From the sequence record OP079919.1: a stretch of 64,000 nt of DNA. One strand, written 5' to 3'. The stretch is from Klebsiella phage KPN8. A model generated the notes under the pieces. It was not told where the DNA came from. It saw only the letters and a list, made by a program, of their open reading frames with translations, and did no database searches. A program made the position numbers and the translations under genes. Every line of letters begins with the position of its first letter. Position 1 is the stretch's first letter. Shown here piece by piece: positions 9,954 to 21,300 of the stretch.

Positions 9954-12900
9954 TTATTTGCTCGTATACCCCATCCTAGGATCTGGAGCTTTCTGGTTCT
10001 GGATTTCTTTAAGCAATTGAGCGAGTAAATCGTTAGTTCTTCCTTGGGCCTGAACTTGAGCCGTTGCGACCGGATCGGGTTGCTGAACCGGTTTAGCCAA
10101 CGGAGTTGGCGGCGCAGAAGTACTTTGCTCAGTGGGGACCTTAACACGATTAAGTGGGTTAGCTGGATCGGATTTGTACGCGACCGATCCCTCACTCACC
10201 GGGGTAGAAGGCACAGCTCCGATAGGTTTAGGTCCTTGATTAACCGACGGAGTAGTAATCGCTGAAACTGCCGCGACACTGTTAGCTGTTCCTACGTTTT
10301 CCGATTTCATCGTAGGTGGTTTGGCGTCAGGGCTGACAGAGGAAACCGAACTCGGAGGAGTTTCCCCAGAAGAGGAAGGCGTCGCTCCAGCATTAGGATC
10401 CACCGTCAACTCATTGGAAGTCAAACGTTTCATATACTGCTGATAAAGTCTTGTCCTCGCCGGCATATCAGGTAAGCCGTTGGGGTTAAGTCCTTGAGCC
10501 GCATATTCAAACGAGTTGTTCTTCACAATGGACTGAAGTCGTTTACCGTTACTGCCGTTAGAGAGGTACCAGATCAAGGTTTTCGCCATGACTTCTGGAT
10601 CAGTAGAAACTAACTCTGGATTCTTAACGAGGTCTTTCCCCACATACTGAGAGGCGGCTCTGAAGTTATCCTTACCCGTAAGCTGAATGAACCCACGGCC
10701 TCTGTAAAGCCATCCGTCGTTAGGACCACTGTTACCCATCCTACCACCATAAACCGCGTTAGCGATGGCCTGAGGACCCCCAGCCACGATCTGCTGAGCC
10801 TGCGCCATGGACTTCACTCTACCTGGGAAAATTTCCAACAACCGACCTGGCTTGTAGTTCATGCCTTCCGCGGTATTTTTAAATCCTCCGCTTTCAAAGT
10901 TAGCCAGAGCCAACATTTCAGCAATAAGACGAGGATCCGTGAAGCCGGCCTTAATCATCTCCTTCATGATTAATTGCTCTGCGGCTTTCTGGGGAACGCT
11001 AACACCTTTGTCTCCACCTCCCGACCCGCCTACCGGAGTGACGCCAGAAAGATCAACTGTCGACGTATCGGTATTACCCGTAATAGGTTTATAGTTGATG
11101 ACTGGCTGACCACCCGCGATGACGTTATCGTCCATTGCAGCAGTCGCAACAGCCTGATTTAATCCACCCTCACCCATTGAGTGAGCCGAGGTATACGGAA
11201 CGACTTCTTTAGGTCCAGAAGCTTTAACTTCTTTATCACCAAAATTCAATTTCGCATTCTTCGCGGCGGTATCGAGGTTATTAACGATTGCTTTAACCTG
11301 AGGTGTGATCGACCCAGAAGTTGTATTAGGGAACGGCGACCATTTAACCTCCCAAACGGAAGTCGGGGTTTTACCGATATTCACTTTGAGCCCTAAAAGC
11401 TCTTTTGCGAAATCAAAAGCGTTAGTGGCAGTCATGGACTTCCAACCCGCGCTTGGTTTCACCCCCCTCATGATCCTCACGTATTTCACCCACGCCATGC
11501 AGACTGGGAGGAAGCGATCCCTGAACCACGTACACCATTGGTTAGCTTGGTCATCGGTTATTCTGAATGAGTTCTTAAAGAGGTTATACACCGCACCTGT
11601 GGTAGAAGTAAATCTTGCATCGTTACCGATTACACTGATGTAATCCTCACAATACCGTTCTAACTTCAACACAGCTTCAACACGCCATGGGATGTGTTCC
11701 GTATCACCGTAGGCTGCTAATCTCAATGCGGTTATCCCGGCCAGAGGTTTATCTCCCCCTGGTAAAAGATCGGTGATGTTAATTTCCATAACCGATTTTG
11801 TTACCGGATAACGTTTATTGATCTCTTCAATATCAGAACGATCCTCGTACGTCCCACCCACTCTCATTTTAAGACTAGACCACCAACCTGCCTTCTCAGA
11901 TTTTTCAACCTGTTCGGCGGAGGTCTTCATGGTCACGACGCCTTCTTTCTCTATCCCCTCAGCTGTTCTTCCGTGTCTTTCGTTAAAGCTTTTCAGTTCG
12001 TCCAAATACAGCCTAACCTGATTAATGGTTTGGTCTTTACCCATTATAGGCGTGGCTTCATCGAACTGCGTGGCTATCTGATAAGGATAAGGATTGATTG
12101 TCCCTATTCTGTCATTGATGGTGGAGACAGTAGAGTACAATTTAGCGTCGGTCGATTTATCGAACGTCTCAAAATCCCTGTACCCCGCGGTATCGATCGC
12201 AGAAGCATAAGTCAGGAAAATAGGTTTGAAACGAAGATTAAACCAAGTGAAGTAAGCCTGCTGCTGGCCCTTGTCATTGGCTTGAGGTATGAAGCTTTGG
12301 AATATCTGTTCGAGAGGAGCTGATTTAGCTATTGAAGCCACCCCAGCGGTTACGACGACATATTCACGTAATGCTTCTTCGGCAGATCTGATCTTAGCGG
12401 CTAAATCTGACTCGACGTCCTTGATACCATATTGAGCCATACGAAGTTTAAACTGCGACCCTTTGCCTTTGGCGTAATACTTATAGATCAAATACCCGGC
12501 GCCTGCGACCGCCCCAATCCCCAACGTTACTGGATTAAATAACAGAGGGGCGACGGCAGTAGCCAAAGCACCTGTACCCGACACAATAGCCGACCCGGCA
12601 GCACTCGCACCAGAAGCAATAGCTGATCCGATCCCGAGGTTAATCCCCATAGCCGACATGGCGCTAGAACCTAAAGATACTGCTGAGGCTGCAGTAAGCG
12701 TGTTGCTCGCTACATCCTTCCAGTTAGTGCCTTCGTGTTCTTCATTGGTGGCGTCGAGGTACATTCCTAATCCAGCGGTAGCCAAACCCGCTAAGCCGAA
12801 TTTAAATGCTCTTCCTCTACCTACCCTACCACCTCTGGTTCTTCTTCCTCTACGTCTCCCTGAAGCCCCTCCTGCGGCATCAACGATATCGTCAACACCA

Positions 12901-15900
12901 TCGGATGCCCTACGACCCAGCAGACCAACAGTAAGGATCTTAGCTAACGACGTTAACCCACCTACAATAGCGGGCAGAGTAGTAATACCGAGAGTTAAGA
13001 ATTTGGAGAGTTTAGCGCCAAGTCCGACGACTCCGCCCAAAATTGTTCCCATGGGGTTCTTAACAAGACCCAGAAGTCCATTAAGGAATCCGCCTTCTTT
13101 CTTCTCCCCATCTCGAGAACCAGAACCTCTCTCTCCCTCTCCATGACCAGCAAGATCGATGATGGCGTCCTGATACCGTGATTCACGTTCAGCTTTCGCT
13201 TTACGTTCCTTATCTTCTAAGGAGTTTAAGCGTACATCATCCGTGTTTCCCATTCGGCTTGTTTCATTAACAATATCAGCCTTGATATCCGGCATGTCGT
13301 TAATGTCATAACCAAACTTACGGCAAAGCAGAGCGTAAATACGATCGACCGAATTGGTAATAGGCGTATAGTCCGCGGTTACAAGATCATTGATCTTATC
13401 CCCAGCTCGCTTACCATAGCCTTTAGCTCGATCACCCAGTTTCCTACCCAGGTCAAGAAGTTTACCACCCATTACTCCCGTCATACGTTTGAGGGATTCT
13501 ATTTTCATCCCCCCAGATGTAATGAGCCCATCCTCGTATTCGGCTTGCGTAATAATAACGTCGCCGTTCTCGTCATACACCGGTCCGTCGATATCTCTCC
13601 AGCCCTTTACAGGAACAACGCTACCGTTCAAACGTTTGAAGTATTTGCCGTTCTCAAAACCCTTCCTTGTCAGAACAGGGGAATCCTCTCCGACTCGATA
13701 AACATCCATTTGGGTTATTCGATTGGTAATACCCTGACCTATGCCTTTCAATCGGTTAAGAGGATCCAGCCAGTTAAAGAGTTTTAACCCGGCTGATTTC
13801 ACCGCGTTTAAGCCACGAAGCACAACGGCCTTGCCTTCGGCACTGAACAGTTTACCCGAAAGACGTTTAGCGGAGATCACGACCTTGGTTCCGAGATCAA
13901 CGATCGACCCCTTGATCTCTTTCCAACTGGTAATAATTTTCTTTAACACTTTGTCGTAATACTGACGAGCTCTGAGTTTACGCGCTTCGAGTATTGGATC
14001 TTCACTCTCCCCATCGTAAATGTCTTCATCGTCACTGACGTCTCTGGCGTCTGCCATGCTACGAACTTTGGTATATAACGCCCAGGCTGCAGCACCACCA
14101 CCGATCAACGCCGCTGTTTTAGGATCGTGAATCGCCAATCCCGCTAACCCACCTAACATCCCACCCAGCATCAGTGGTTCGTGAGCCAGCAGTTTATCCA
14201 TGCCTGCACTGAAAATATCCTTAATCCCACCAAGACTTTTAATGCGGTCGAGGATGGTTTTCTTCTGTGCGGTATCAGCGGCATCTTCAGCATCAGTTTT
14301 GGGCTTATTCACCTCGGCTGGCTGACGAGAAAGGATTTGTTTCAGGACTTCCAATTGTTCCTGATTAATATCCCTTATTCCCATTACAGAATCCGTTAAA
14401 GATTTAACTTGCTCTGGGCTTAATGCATTTCCATCTTGTCTGCCGGGAATCCCGAGTTTAAGCTGCTCGGTGAGTTCCGATAGGGCGGTAACCAGTTTGC
14501 CGGAATCCTTCCCGGACAACCCGCGACGGTTATTGATAATGGTTTTCGAATTACCCCCACCCATTCCACCACTAGTAGGGAGAGGACCTACGTCATCCTC
14601 TTCGATAAGGCCTTCGTTACCATTAAGCTCTGATTTTAACCGGTCCCATATCGCATCGGTGTTAAAGAAATCTGACCCGTTTTCACTATTAATCAAATTC
14701 ATTTCTCTTAATAGTGGATCGTAACCAGCGTTTCGTAACAAATCGATTTGCTGAGAAATATTAGGGAGATAACCTTTGAGGTTCTTGGCTCGCAGACTAA
14801 GATCGGCCGCCAAACGTTTACTTTTAGCGGTCGGCATGTTCAACTGAGCTTTAATACCAGCCAGGCCGGATTTTTTAGCCGCTTCAATATGCTGGTCGGT
14901 TAGTCTGAACGACCCCCGCATCACTTGTTCAATTTCTTTACGAATCGATGGGGTTAGACCGTCTTCGTCTTCCATCCCGAAATAGTTGAACGGGTTAAAC
15001 CCTTTATCTTGGTCGACGTCTCTCGCCAAACGATAAGATAAGAAGCGTTTAGCCTCTGGTGACAACGTTCCATTTTTGTCAATGGCGGAAACCATGTCGG
15101 CTGTACCTGAGGCCAACCCACTAAATTCTCTCCCATTCAACAAATTACGTTTAACCGCATTTTGGGTTTGTTTATGGCTTAAGAACTTCCCACTGCGATA
15201 ATCGAAGCGCTCTTCTTTCAGGTTATCATTACCCGTGCGTATCTTTTCCAAGCTCAGATGAAGCTTAGCGAACCACCCAGGAATGATTTCATTTAACGTA
15301 CGATCGGATTGACTGCTCCAGTAGCTGGGCTGAGTCAAATCCATCAAGTTACGTTTCTTGAGTTCGTACTGTTTACCACGGGAATCGTTGATATTAAAAG
15401 AAAGATCGTTTAATCTATTTCCCAGGAAGTTTTTACCCGTTTGTTTTAAACGCCACGCTCTTTCACTTAACCGTTTTTCACCGGGAGCAAGTGAGTCAAG
15501 GTAATCGTCGTAGGTGGAAAAGTCTTCTTCGTAGTTAGCGTTATTGCGGAGAATCGTTCCTGCTAAACCAGCCGCGTTAGTTCCGGCGTATGACAGAACG
15601 CTACCCAACTGTTCCAACTTGCGGTATTGCCGGCGGATGTTTTTGGCTTCTTTTGGATAGAGGGTCGCAAGTTTATTAATAAGCTTAGCGCCCTGCCCGG
15701 ATTTAAAGAAAGCCGGTCCTCTCTCAATGACCTCGTTAGCTAGCATCTGCCCGATAATGGTTCCCATATTGAGACCCATTCCTTCGGACATCTCCATCCC
15801 CATTCTACCCGCGCCAACCATTCCGCTTAAACTAGAAAGCATCCCCTCTCTGGCTTCTTTACCGAACGTCTCGGACAGATAACCCATCACCCCACCGGAC

Positions 15901-16760
15901 CTACGTCCAATTGTGGAGAAGATAGAATCGCGTAATCTGCCTTTAGCCGCCATGGCCAGGGAAGTTTTCTCGTAATCACTCTTACCTGAATTAAGAGTAA
16001 TCTTTTTAAGCTCGTCAATCTGACGATGCATCGAGGCTTCCATGAACTTGTAGTATTTAGCGTTGGTTAAATGCATCCTGGCCAATAAGTTGATCTTAAC
16101 TGCATCGTTCTTAGCCTGGATTTTATTCTGGTAACGCAAAATGCCTTGAAGGGTGGTTGAGATTCCACCTAACAACGAATTGGTTGCTTGTTGCTGAGCT
16201 AATTGACGACCGCCAACTACCGCGGTCATGTTGTTGATAGCCCGCCCAATACCCACCATCGTTCCTGTCTGCTGGGCCGTAACTCCGCTTATAAAACCGG
16301 CTAAGCCATCTTCATCGACTTCTCCCATACTTGGATCAGAAGGTGTGTATCCTCCTTGATCCCAATGGCTAAAGTCCTTATTACTGAAGGTCTCCAACCC
16401 CTGGGCAATTTTATTAGGAACCTTGTCGCCGTGGCGGTCTAAGGTCATCTGAGCAATTGCCTGGAGATCTTCCACCATATCTTTTGATCCGGCTTTGACC
16501 TCGCTTAGGATCTCCTGCTTCTTCCAATCAAACTCTCTTTTTAAATCAAAGACGGTCCCAAATGATTTTGGGAGGAGCATTTTAGCCGTTCTCAACCTAC
16601 CTTCTGAACTTCCTATCGTACCGCTGTGGAGCTCACTGAGAAAACCACTCCCCATGCTCGCAAAGAAACCTTTTTTAGGTGCGTTATCGAAGTCGAAGTC
16701 GAAATCTATATCGCCGGCGAACGGGTCGTCTCCCCAATCGTCGAAATCATCTTTAGCCAT
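9954..16760 (-). CDS. giant virion-associated protein with C-terminal peptidoglycan hydrolase (GH19/lysozyme-like) domain; tape-measure-like (phiKZ gp181-like)
   Basis: The 2268-aa ORF carries NFESGGF...YRGRGFIQLTGKDNF, a GH19-type lysozyme motif, at about nt 10500-11000. It has long Gly/Ala-rich hydrophobic segments and RGR repeats, an acidic N-terminus and a Pro/Ser/Thr-rich C-terminal tail. Confidence 0.8.
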   Translation of the reverse strand: MAKDDFDDWGDDPFAGDIDFDFDFDNAPKKGFFASMGSGFLSELHSGTIGSSEGRLRTAKMLLPKSFGTVFDLKREFDWKKQEILSEVKAGSKDMVEDLQAIAQMTLDRHGDKVPNKIAQGLETFSNKDFSHWDQGGYTPSDPSMGEVDEDGLAGFISGVTAQQTGTMVGIGRAINNMTAVVGGRQLAQQQATNSLLGGISTTLQGILRYQNKIQAKNDAVKINLLARMHLTNAKYYKFMEASMHRQIDELKKITLNSGKSDYEKTSLAMAAKGRLRDSIFSTIGRRSGGVMGYLSETFGKEAREGMLSSLSGMVGAGRMGMEMSEGMGLNMGTIIGQMLANEVIERGPAFFKSGQGAKLINKLATLYPKEAKNIRRQYRKLEQLGSVLSYAGTNAAGLAGTILRNNANYEEDFSTYDDYLDSLAPGEKRLSERAWRLKQTGKNFLGNRLNDLSFNINDSRGKQYELKKRNLMDLTQPSYWSSQSDRTLNEIIPGWFAKLHLSLEKIRTGNDNLKEERFDYRSGKFLSHKQTQNAVKRNLLNGREFSGLASGTADMVSAIDKNGTLSPEAKRFLSYRLARDVDQDKGFNPFNYFGMEDEDGLTPSIRKEIEQVMRGSFRLTDQHIEAAKKSGLAGIKAQLNMPTAKSKRLAADLSLRAKNLKGYLPNISQQIDLLRNAGYDPLLREMNLINSENGSDFFNTDAIWDRLKSELNGNEGLIEEDDVGPLPTSGGMGGGNSKTIINNRRGLSGKDSGKLVTALSELTEQLKLGIPGRQDGNALSPEQVKSLTDSVMGIRDINQEQLEVLKQILSRQPAEVNKPKTDAEDAADTAQKKTILDRIKSLGGIKDIFSAGMDKLLAHEPLMLGGMLGGLAGLAIHDPKTAALIGGGAAAWALYTKVRSMADARDVSDDEDIYDGESEDPILEARKLRARQYYDKVLKKIITSWKEIKGSIVDLGTKVVISAKRLSGKLFSAEGKAVVLRGLNAVKSAGLKLFNWLDPLNRLKGIGQGITNRITQMDVYRVGEDSPVLTRKGFENGKYFKRLNGSVVPVKGWRDIDGPVYDENGDVIITQAEYEDGLITSGGMKIESLKRMTGVMGGKLLDLGRKLGDRAKGYGKRAGDKINDLVTADYTPITNSVDRIYALLCRKFGYDINDMPDIKADIVNETSRMGNTDDVRLNSLEDKERKAKAERESRYQDAIIDLAGHGEGERGSGSRDGEKKEGGFLNGLLGLVKNPMGTILGGVVGLGAKLSKFLTLGITTLPAIVGGLTSLAKILTVGLLGRRASDGVDDIVDAAGGASGRRRGRRTRGGRVGRGRAFKFGLAGLATAGLGMYLDATNEEHEGTNWKDVASNTLTAASAVSLGSSAMSAMGINLGIGSAIASGASAAGSAIVSGTGALATAVAPLLFNPVTLGIGAVAGAGYLIYKYYAKGKGSQFKLRMAQYGIKDVESDLAAKIRSAEEALREYVVVTAGVASIAKSAPLEQIFQSFIPQANDKGQQQAYFTWFNLRFKPIFLTYASAIDTAGYRDFETFDKSTDAKLYSTVSTINDRIGTINPYPYQIATQFDEATPIMGKDQTINQVRLYLDELKSFNERHGRTAEGIEKEGVVTMKTSAEQVEKSEKAGWWSSLKMRVGGTYEDRSDIEEINKRYPVTKSVMEINITDLLPGGDKPLAGITALRLAAYGDTEHIPWRVEAVLKLERYCEDYISVIGNDARFTSTTGAVYNLFKNSFRITDDQANQWCTWFRDRFLPVCMAWVKYVRIMRGVKPSAGWKSMTATNAFDFAKELLGLKVNIGKTPTSVWEVKWSPFPNTTSGSITPQVKAIVNNLDTAAKNAKLNFGDKEVKASGPKEVVPYTSAHSMGEGGLNQAVATAAMDDNVIAGGQPVINYKPITGNTDTSTVDLSGVTPVGGSGGGDKGVSVPQKAAEQLIMKEMIKAGFTDPRLIAEMLALANFESGGFKNTAEGMNYKPGRLLEIFPGRVKSMAQAQQIVAGGPQAIANAVYGGRMGNSGPNDGWLYRGRGFIQLTGKDNFRAASQYVGKDLVKNPELVSTDPEVMAKTLIWYLSNGSNGKRLQSIVKNNSFEYAAQGLNPNGLPDMPARTRLYQQYMKRLTSNELTVDPNAGATPSSSGETPPSSVSSVSPDAKPPTMKSENVGTANSVAAVSAITTPSVNQGPKPIGAVPSTPVSEGSVAYKSDPANPLNRVKVPTEQSTSAPPTPLAKPVQQPDPVATAQVQAQGRTNDLLAQLLKEIQNQKAPDPRMGYTSK

Positions 16761-16780
16761 TTTAACCTCGTGGTGCGAAT

Positions 16781-18394
16781 ATGCAACCTACTAATATTAC
16801 GTTATTGAACCCAAACAAAGTGGCTTGGGCTCTCATGAAAGCCGTGACGTCAACAGACGTCCATGAGGGGATGACCAACAACCTTCATGAAGATGGTTTA
16901 TACTCTCCAACAATCTTCGGTCGTGTCGGTACCGACCAACGAGATAAAACTCAATCTTACATCAATGTTAAGATTCCTGTCTTCAACCCGACTTATTTTA
17001 AGGCTTTGATTGGGTTAAAGGGTTTGTATCTCGGAATAATCAAAGGGACGGAATACGCCCTTTGGGACGCATCAGAACGCGACTTCATAAAATCAAACCT
17101 CCTGGAAGGAGAAACCGGCTACGGTTTCTTTATGCGTCACTTTTACGACTTAGAGCCTAAGTTAAACGAAAGTTATAAACGCAAACAGCGCGTAGAACTC
17201 TTTAATAAATTTAAAGACATCGCGTTGACTAAAAACATTATTGTGTTGCCGGCTGGTATTCGTGATATCCAGGTTGAACCCAACGGCCAGATCGTGGAAC
17301 CTGAAATAAATGATTTCTATCGTAAACTGATCTTCCGTAGTCGCAGCGTGGTTATCCAGGAAGGTGAAGAAGATAACCCGATTTACGATAACATCCGTTG
17401 GGCGATTCAAAGCGTGTTCAACGACATCGACGATTATATCTTCCGGCTGATGGAAGGCAAGCGCGGATTCTTACAGCGCCGAGTCTCAACTCGTGGTGTC
17501 GTCGGGGGTACTCGTAACGTTATTACCGCTCGTAAAGTTTCTGTTGCTGATGCGGATGATGATAATGGGGTTGACGTTAACACCACAGATATCGGGATGT
17601 ATCAAGCGTTGCTGGGTTTCCAATACGTTGCGCGATATGCGTTACTTAAAGGTTTCTTAAGCCGCGTGTTTACGGTAGGGTCAAGTACGGCTAAACTCGT
17701 CGACCCCAGAACCTTCGAATACCAATACGTTGAAGTTGAGAGCAACATTGTTGACAAATGGTTGTCGGCCGATGGACTCACCGCTCTGTTCAACGGATTC
17801 GGAACGAGGCACTTGCGTCATAAACCGATCAAAATTAATGGCTATTACATGGGCCTGACCTATGATGACGGTAAATATGTCAAGTTACTCGGTGACGTAA
17901 CCGAACTTCCTCCTGGGTTTGATAAGAAGTTCTGCAAACCATTGACTTACATGGAACTCTTCTATTTAAGTTGTGTCGAAGAAATAGAAAAGAGAATGCT
18001 TCAGGTTACCCGCTATCCGATCACCGGGATGGGTTCTATCTATCCCAGCCTCATCAAAATCAAAACGACAACTAACGCCGAAAAAAGAATCATCTTAGAT
18101 GATTACTGGGAAGAAGGTTATCGTTGCACATACTACCCAGTCCGAGAAACTAAACCAGATTATTTCGACGCCATGAGTGTCGATGGCAGTCGGTTAGGTT
18201 TATTGGGTGGGGACTTCGATGGCGACCAACTTAACAGTAACTCCATCAACGGAGAGGATGCTATTGCTGAAGCTAAAGCTTTAATGGGCAGACGCGATTA
18301 CTATATCACCGGCACGGGGCAGTTCCTTTACAGTCCAACGGTGGAACCTCACGAATTCTTATTCCGAAATCTCAGTAACGGACTCAACCTATGA
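16781..18394 (+). CDS. multisubunit RNA polymerase beta-prime N-terminal fragment (probably the virion RNAP set)
   Basis: DGLYSPTIFG (about nt 16900) matches the beta-prime conserved DGLFC.RIFGP region. GGDFDGDQLN (18208-18237) matches the catalytic NADFDGD loop. The ORF ends in an ATGA overlap with the next gene. Confidence 0.7.
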   Translation: MQPTNITLLNPNKVAWALMKAVTSTDVHEGMTNNLHEDGLYSPTIFGRVGTDQRDKTQSYINVKIPVFNPTYFKALIGLKGLYLGIIKGTEYALWDASERDFIKSNLLEGETGYGFFMRHFYDLEPKLNESYKRKQRVELFNKFKDIALTKNIIVLPAGIRDIQVEPNGQIVEPEINDFYRKLIFRSRSVVIQEGEEDNPIYDNIRWAIQSVFNDIDDYIFRLMEGKRGFLQRRVSTRGVVGGTRNVITARKVSVADADDDNGVDVNTTDIGMYQALLGFQYVARYALLKGFLSRVFTVGSSTAKLVDPRTFEYQYVEVESNIVDKWLSADGLTALFNGFGTRHLRHKPIKINGYYMGLTYDDGKYVKLLGDVTELPPGFDKKFCKPLTYMELFYLSCVEEIEKRMLQVTRYPITGMGSIYPSLIKIKTTTNAEKRIILDDYWEEGYRCTYYPVRETKPDYFDAMSVDGSRLGLLGGDFDGDQLNSNSINGEDAIAEAKALMGRRDYYITGTGQFLYSPTVEPHEFLFRNLSNGLNL

Positions 18395-21300
18395 GCGTAT
18401 TATACCAACAGTTCTTCCGCAATTTTGTTCTTAGGAAAAAACAAGAAATTACAAATCCTAAGTTTCACCATCTGACGGATATGGTGTTGCCGAGAGAATC
18501 GGTAATGATGTATCTACCGAAGACTCAAGAGGATATCGGCCCGAGTACCGAGGAGCCCTTAATAGGGACTTACCCTGATGGGGTTAACATTTATTTCAAC
18601 AGTCTTTATGTAACCCCCATCGGAAGAACTCGGCCCGTTCCCTTTAACGAAAAGCAATCTATACAGCTTTATCGTAAAAGCCATTTCAAATACAACTGGG
18701 CGAGGACGTTGTCCAACTACCTGAGTCGTCGTCAGGAACTGTTGGTAAACAACATAGCGATGGGACCTCATCGTCACCGTTATGTCTTTACTCGCTTTGT
18801 TCAGTTCGAACGAGCTTACAACCAACTGGCTTCTGGGATTGAAGCGGTTAAACAAATGAGTAAGGAAACGACCCGCAATCAATACTGGCGAATAGAACTT
18901 CCTCCAGCCATCCCCGATTATCGTCAGCTACTGGTAGCGGTCGATCATTACAAGAAGGCGTTCAAAGACGGCGTTTATACCACGACTGACAATCAGGCGG
19001 TACTCCCGTTTAAGGGTTACGGCTCTTATTGGATCATGGACTGGTATCTCTTCTTGATAGGCGAAAAGAACTACAGCCTGTTTAATCGCTTAGATAAAGA
19101 AGAAATGGATAAACTCCACATCATCTTTAGTCATAATGGACTCAGCTGGGTAGTTAACCTTGGTATCGTCTCTCAATGGATGGAAGAACTTAACGACAAG
19201 CACGGCAATCCCACCAGTATGCGTGTTAACGCAGCTAAACGGTTCCTGCTTGGATTTAGGGCTCTGATAGCGGGCGGCACGCTAAGTGAAACCATAGAGG
19301 AGAAACCTCATGCCGCAGAGAATGTCGGATTGGGTACTGGAACGCCAGAAGAGGAAAGAAGAAGCCAGGAAGTTAATAAGGAATCAGAAGAAGAACCGCT
19401 GGATCTCGATGAGTCTGAAGAGATTACTGATCAGTCTGTTACTATGCTTGATCTTTTCATGGGCGGCAAAAAGGCTGATACAGAATCTGATGATGACCAA
19501 GGAGGAGAGGATCCAGGAGGAGCTGATGAGAATCACGGAGAAGAGTGGGCTGCAGCGGTCGACGATGAATTACTTTATAACGCCGAAACAGAAGGATTAG
19601 GGGAAACCAAGAAAGTTATTTTCAGTACCCCGGAATCTGGTATCCTGAGAGCCTTAGAACAAAGAGCCAAGGCCGGGACATTAACTGTTGCGGAACAACG
19701 TTATTACACTAATCTCGCGCAATCATACAAAACGATCAAAATGCCTAACGGTGAAAGTCTTGAAAGTTTTGTTAAGATCGATCAGGCCAAACTTCGCCAC
19801 CTTCCTGCTAAAATTGCTCCTGAGATGAGAGGGATCATCGACCCTTCTCAGCTACAAAGTAGAGCGACAAATCTTAAAACGAAATACTCTGAAGAATTCC
19901 TTAACCGGGATATTGCCGGGATGATACTGAACATTCAGAACGCCGGTATCGTTTTAACCGACCTGAAACGTGAACGTATCGTCAATGCGGAATCGGCTTA
20001 CGACGTTTATACCATGAACGTCCATCCTGTTGGCGGATCGCCTAAGACCGCAATGTTCCGTATCCCCAAAATTGACAAAGACGGAACCTTCACTGTCGAT
20101 GGGGTAAAACAACATCTTCAACTTCAGCGTATGGAAATACCGATTCGTAAGATAAACTCGGAGCAGGTTGCTTTGACGAGTTATTATGACCGCAAGATCA
20201 TGATGTCTCGTTCTACCAAGGTCGCCGACGATTACGGATTGTGGCTGAACAAACAGCTTATTCTGTTGGGTGAAGCCGGTAAAGTATCTGGGGTGTTGGG
20301 CGATGTCTATAATCGTAGTTACGCTGTTCCTCGTACTTATTCTGCGTTAGCCAAACGGTATCGGTCATTAAAGGCGGGCGGGATTGAATTCAACTTCGAT
20401 CTTTCTAGTCTTGTTGGATCAGAGAAAGAAATCAATAAGCTGATTTCTCCTAACTGGGTTCCGGTGGCTAAAGAAGGTGACGACTTCATCTTTATGGATG
20501 ATGGTGGTAACCTTTACAAAGATAAGACGCACATTGGTTCTTTCGAAAGCCGCTGTGGAATTGACACGACGAAAGCCCCAGTCGATATCGTTACAGTGAA
20601 TGTAAACGGATACGCTTTCCCTATCGGGGTAGTGCTCGCTTACTACTTCGGATTCGACGAACTTCTTAAAGCACTCAATGCTGACTATCGGACCGTTCCG
20701 GCCGGTGAGAAAGTTCGGATGGGTCAGGACGAATACGCGATAACCTTTAACGATGAAACGCTCATTTTCAACAGACGGGATAGTTTAACCGCACTCATTA
20801 TGGGTGGGTTCCGGAAGTTAGCGAATTTGAGTAACTTCTCTCGTTATGACCTAAACACGAAAGGTGTGTGGGTGCCGGCTATCGGGGATAAGAAAGTCAA
20901 ACCAGGTCATTTTGATGAAATGCGTTTGATGTTCGAAATGTTCATCGATCCTATCACCAAATCTGAGCTGGTTAAAAGGGGTTATCCGACCGAGCTTCAT
21001 TATCTCATGATCGAAGGCGTCAAAATGCTGAACACCGATCGGACTGCTCACGAGATAGAATTAACTGAGCAACGTTTCGTTGGGTATGAACGTTTCGCCG
21101 GACGGGTCTATAACGAAATTGTTAAGTCGACTCGTCAATTCAGAAATAAAGGTAATGACAAACGTTTCACCTTCGATATGAACCCTGAAGCGGTTATCAT
21201 GAGTATCATTACCGATACAAGTGTAAACCTAGTTGAAGAGGTTAACCCCATCCACGAAATCAAAGAACAGGAAGTTGTTACCTTTGGTGGTACTGGTGGG

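Noticed and set aside
10044-16808. Many 60-160-aa plus-strand ORFs within the 2268-aa giant gene
   Set aside because: They are embedded in a continuous 6.8-kb minus-strand ORF with recognisable domains and have no independent starts or ribosome-binding sites.
19485-19535. Additional CUGAUGA occurrences (19485, 19525) as hammerhead candidates
   Set aside because: They lie inside the acidic insert of the RNAP gene and lack the GAAA, stem II and stem III arrangement and a GUC site.
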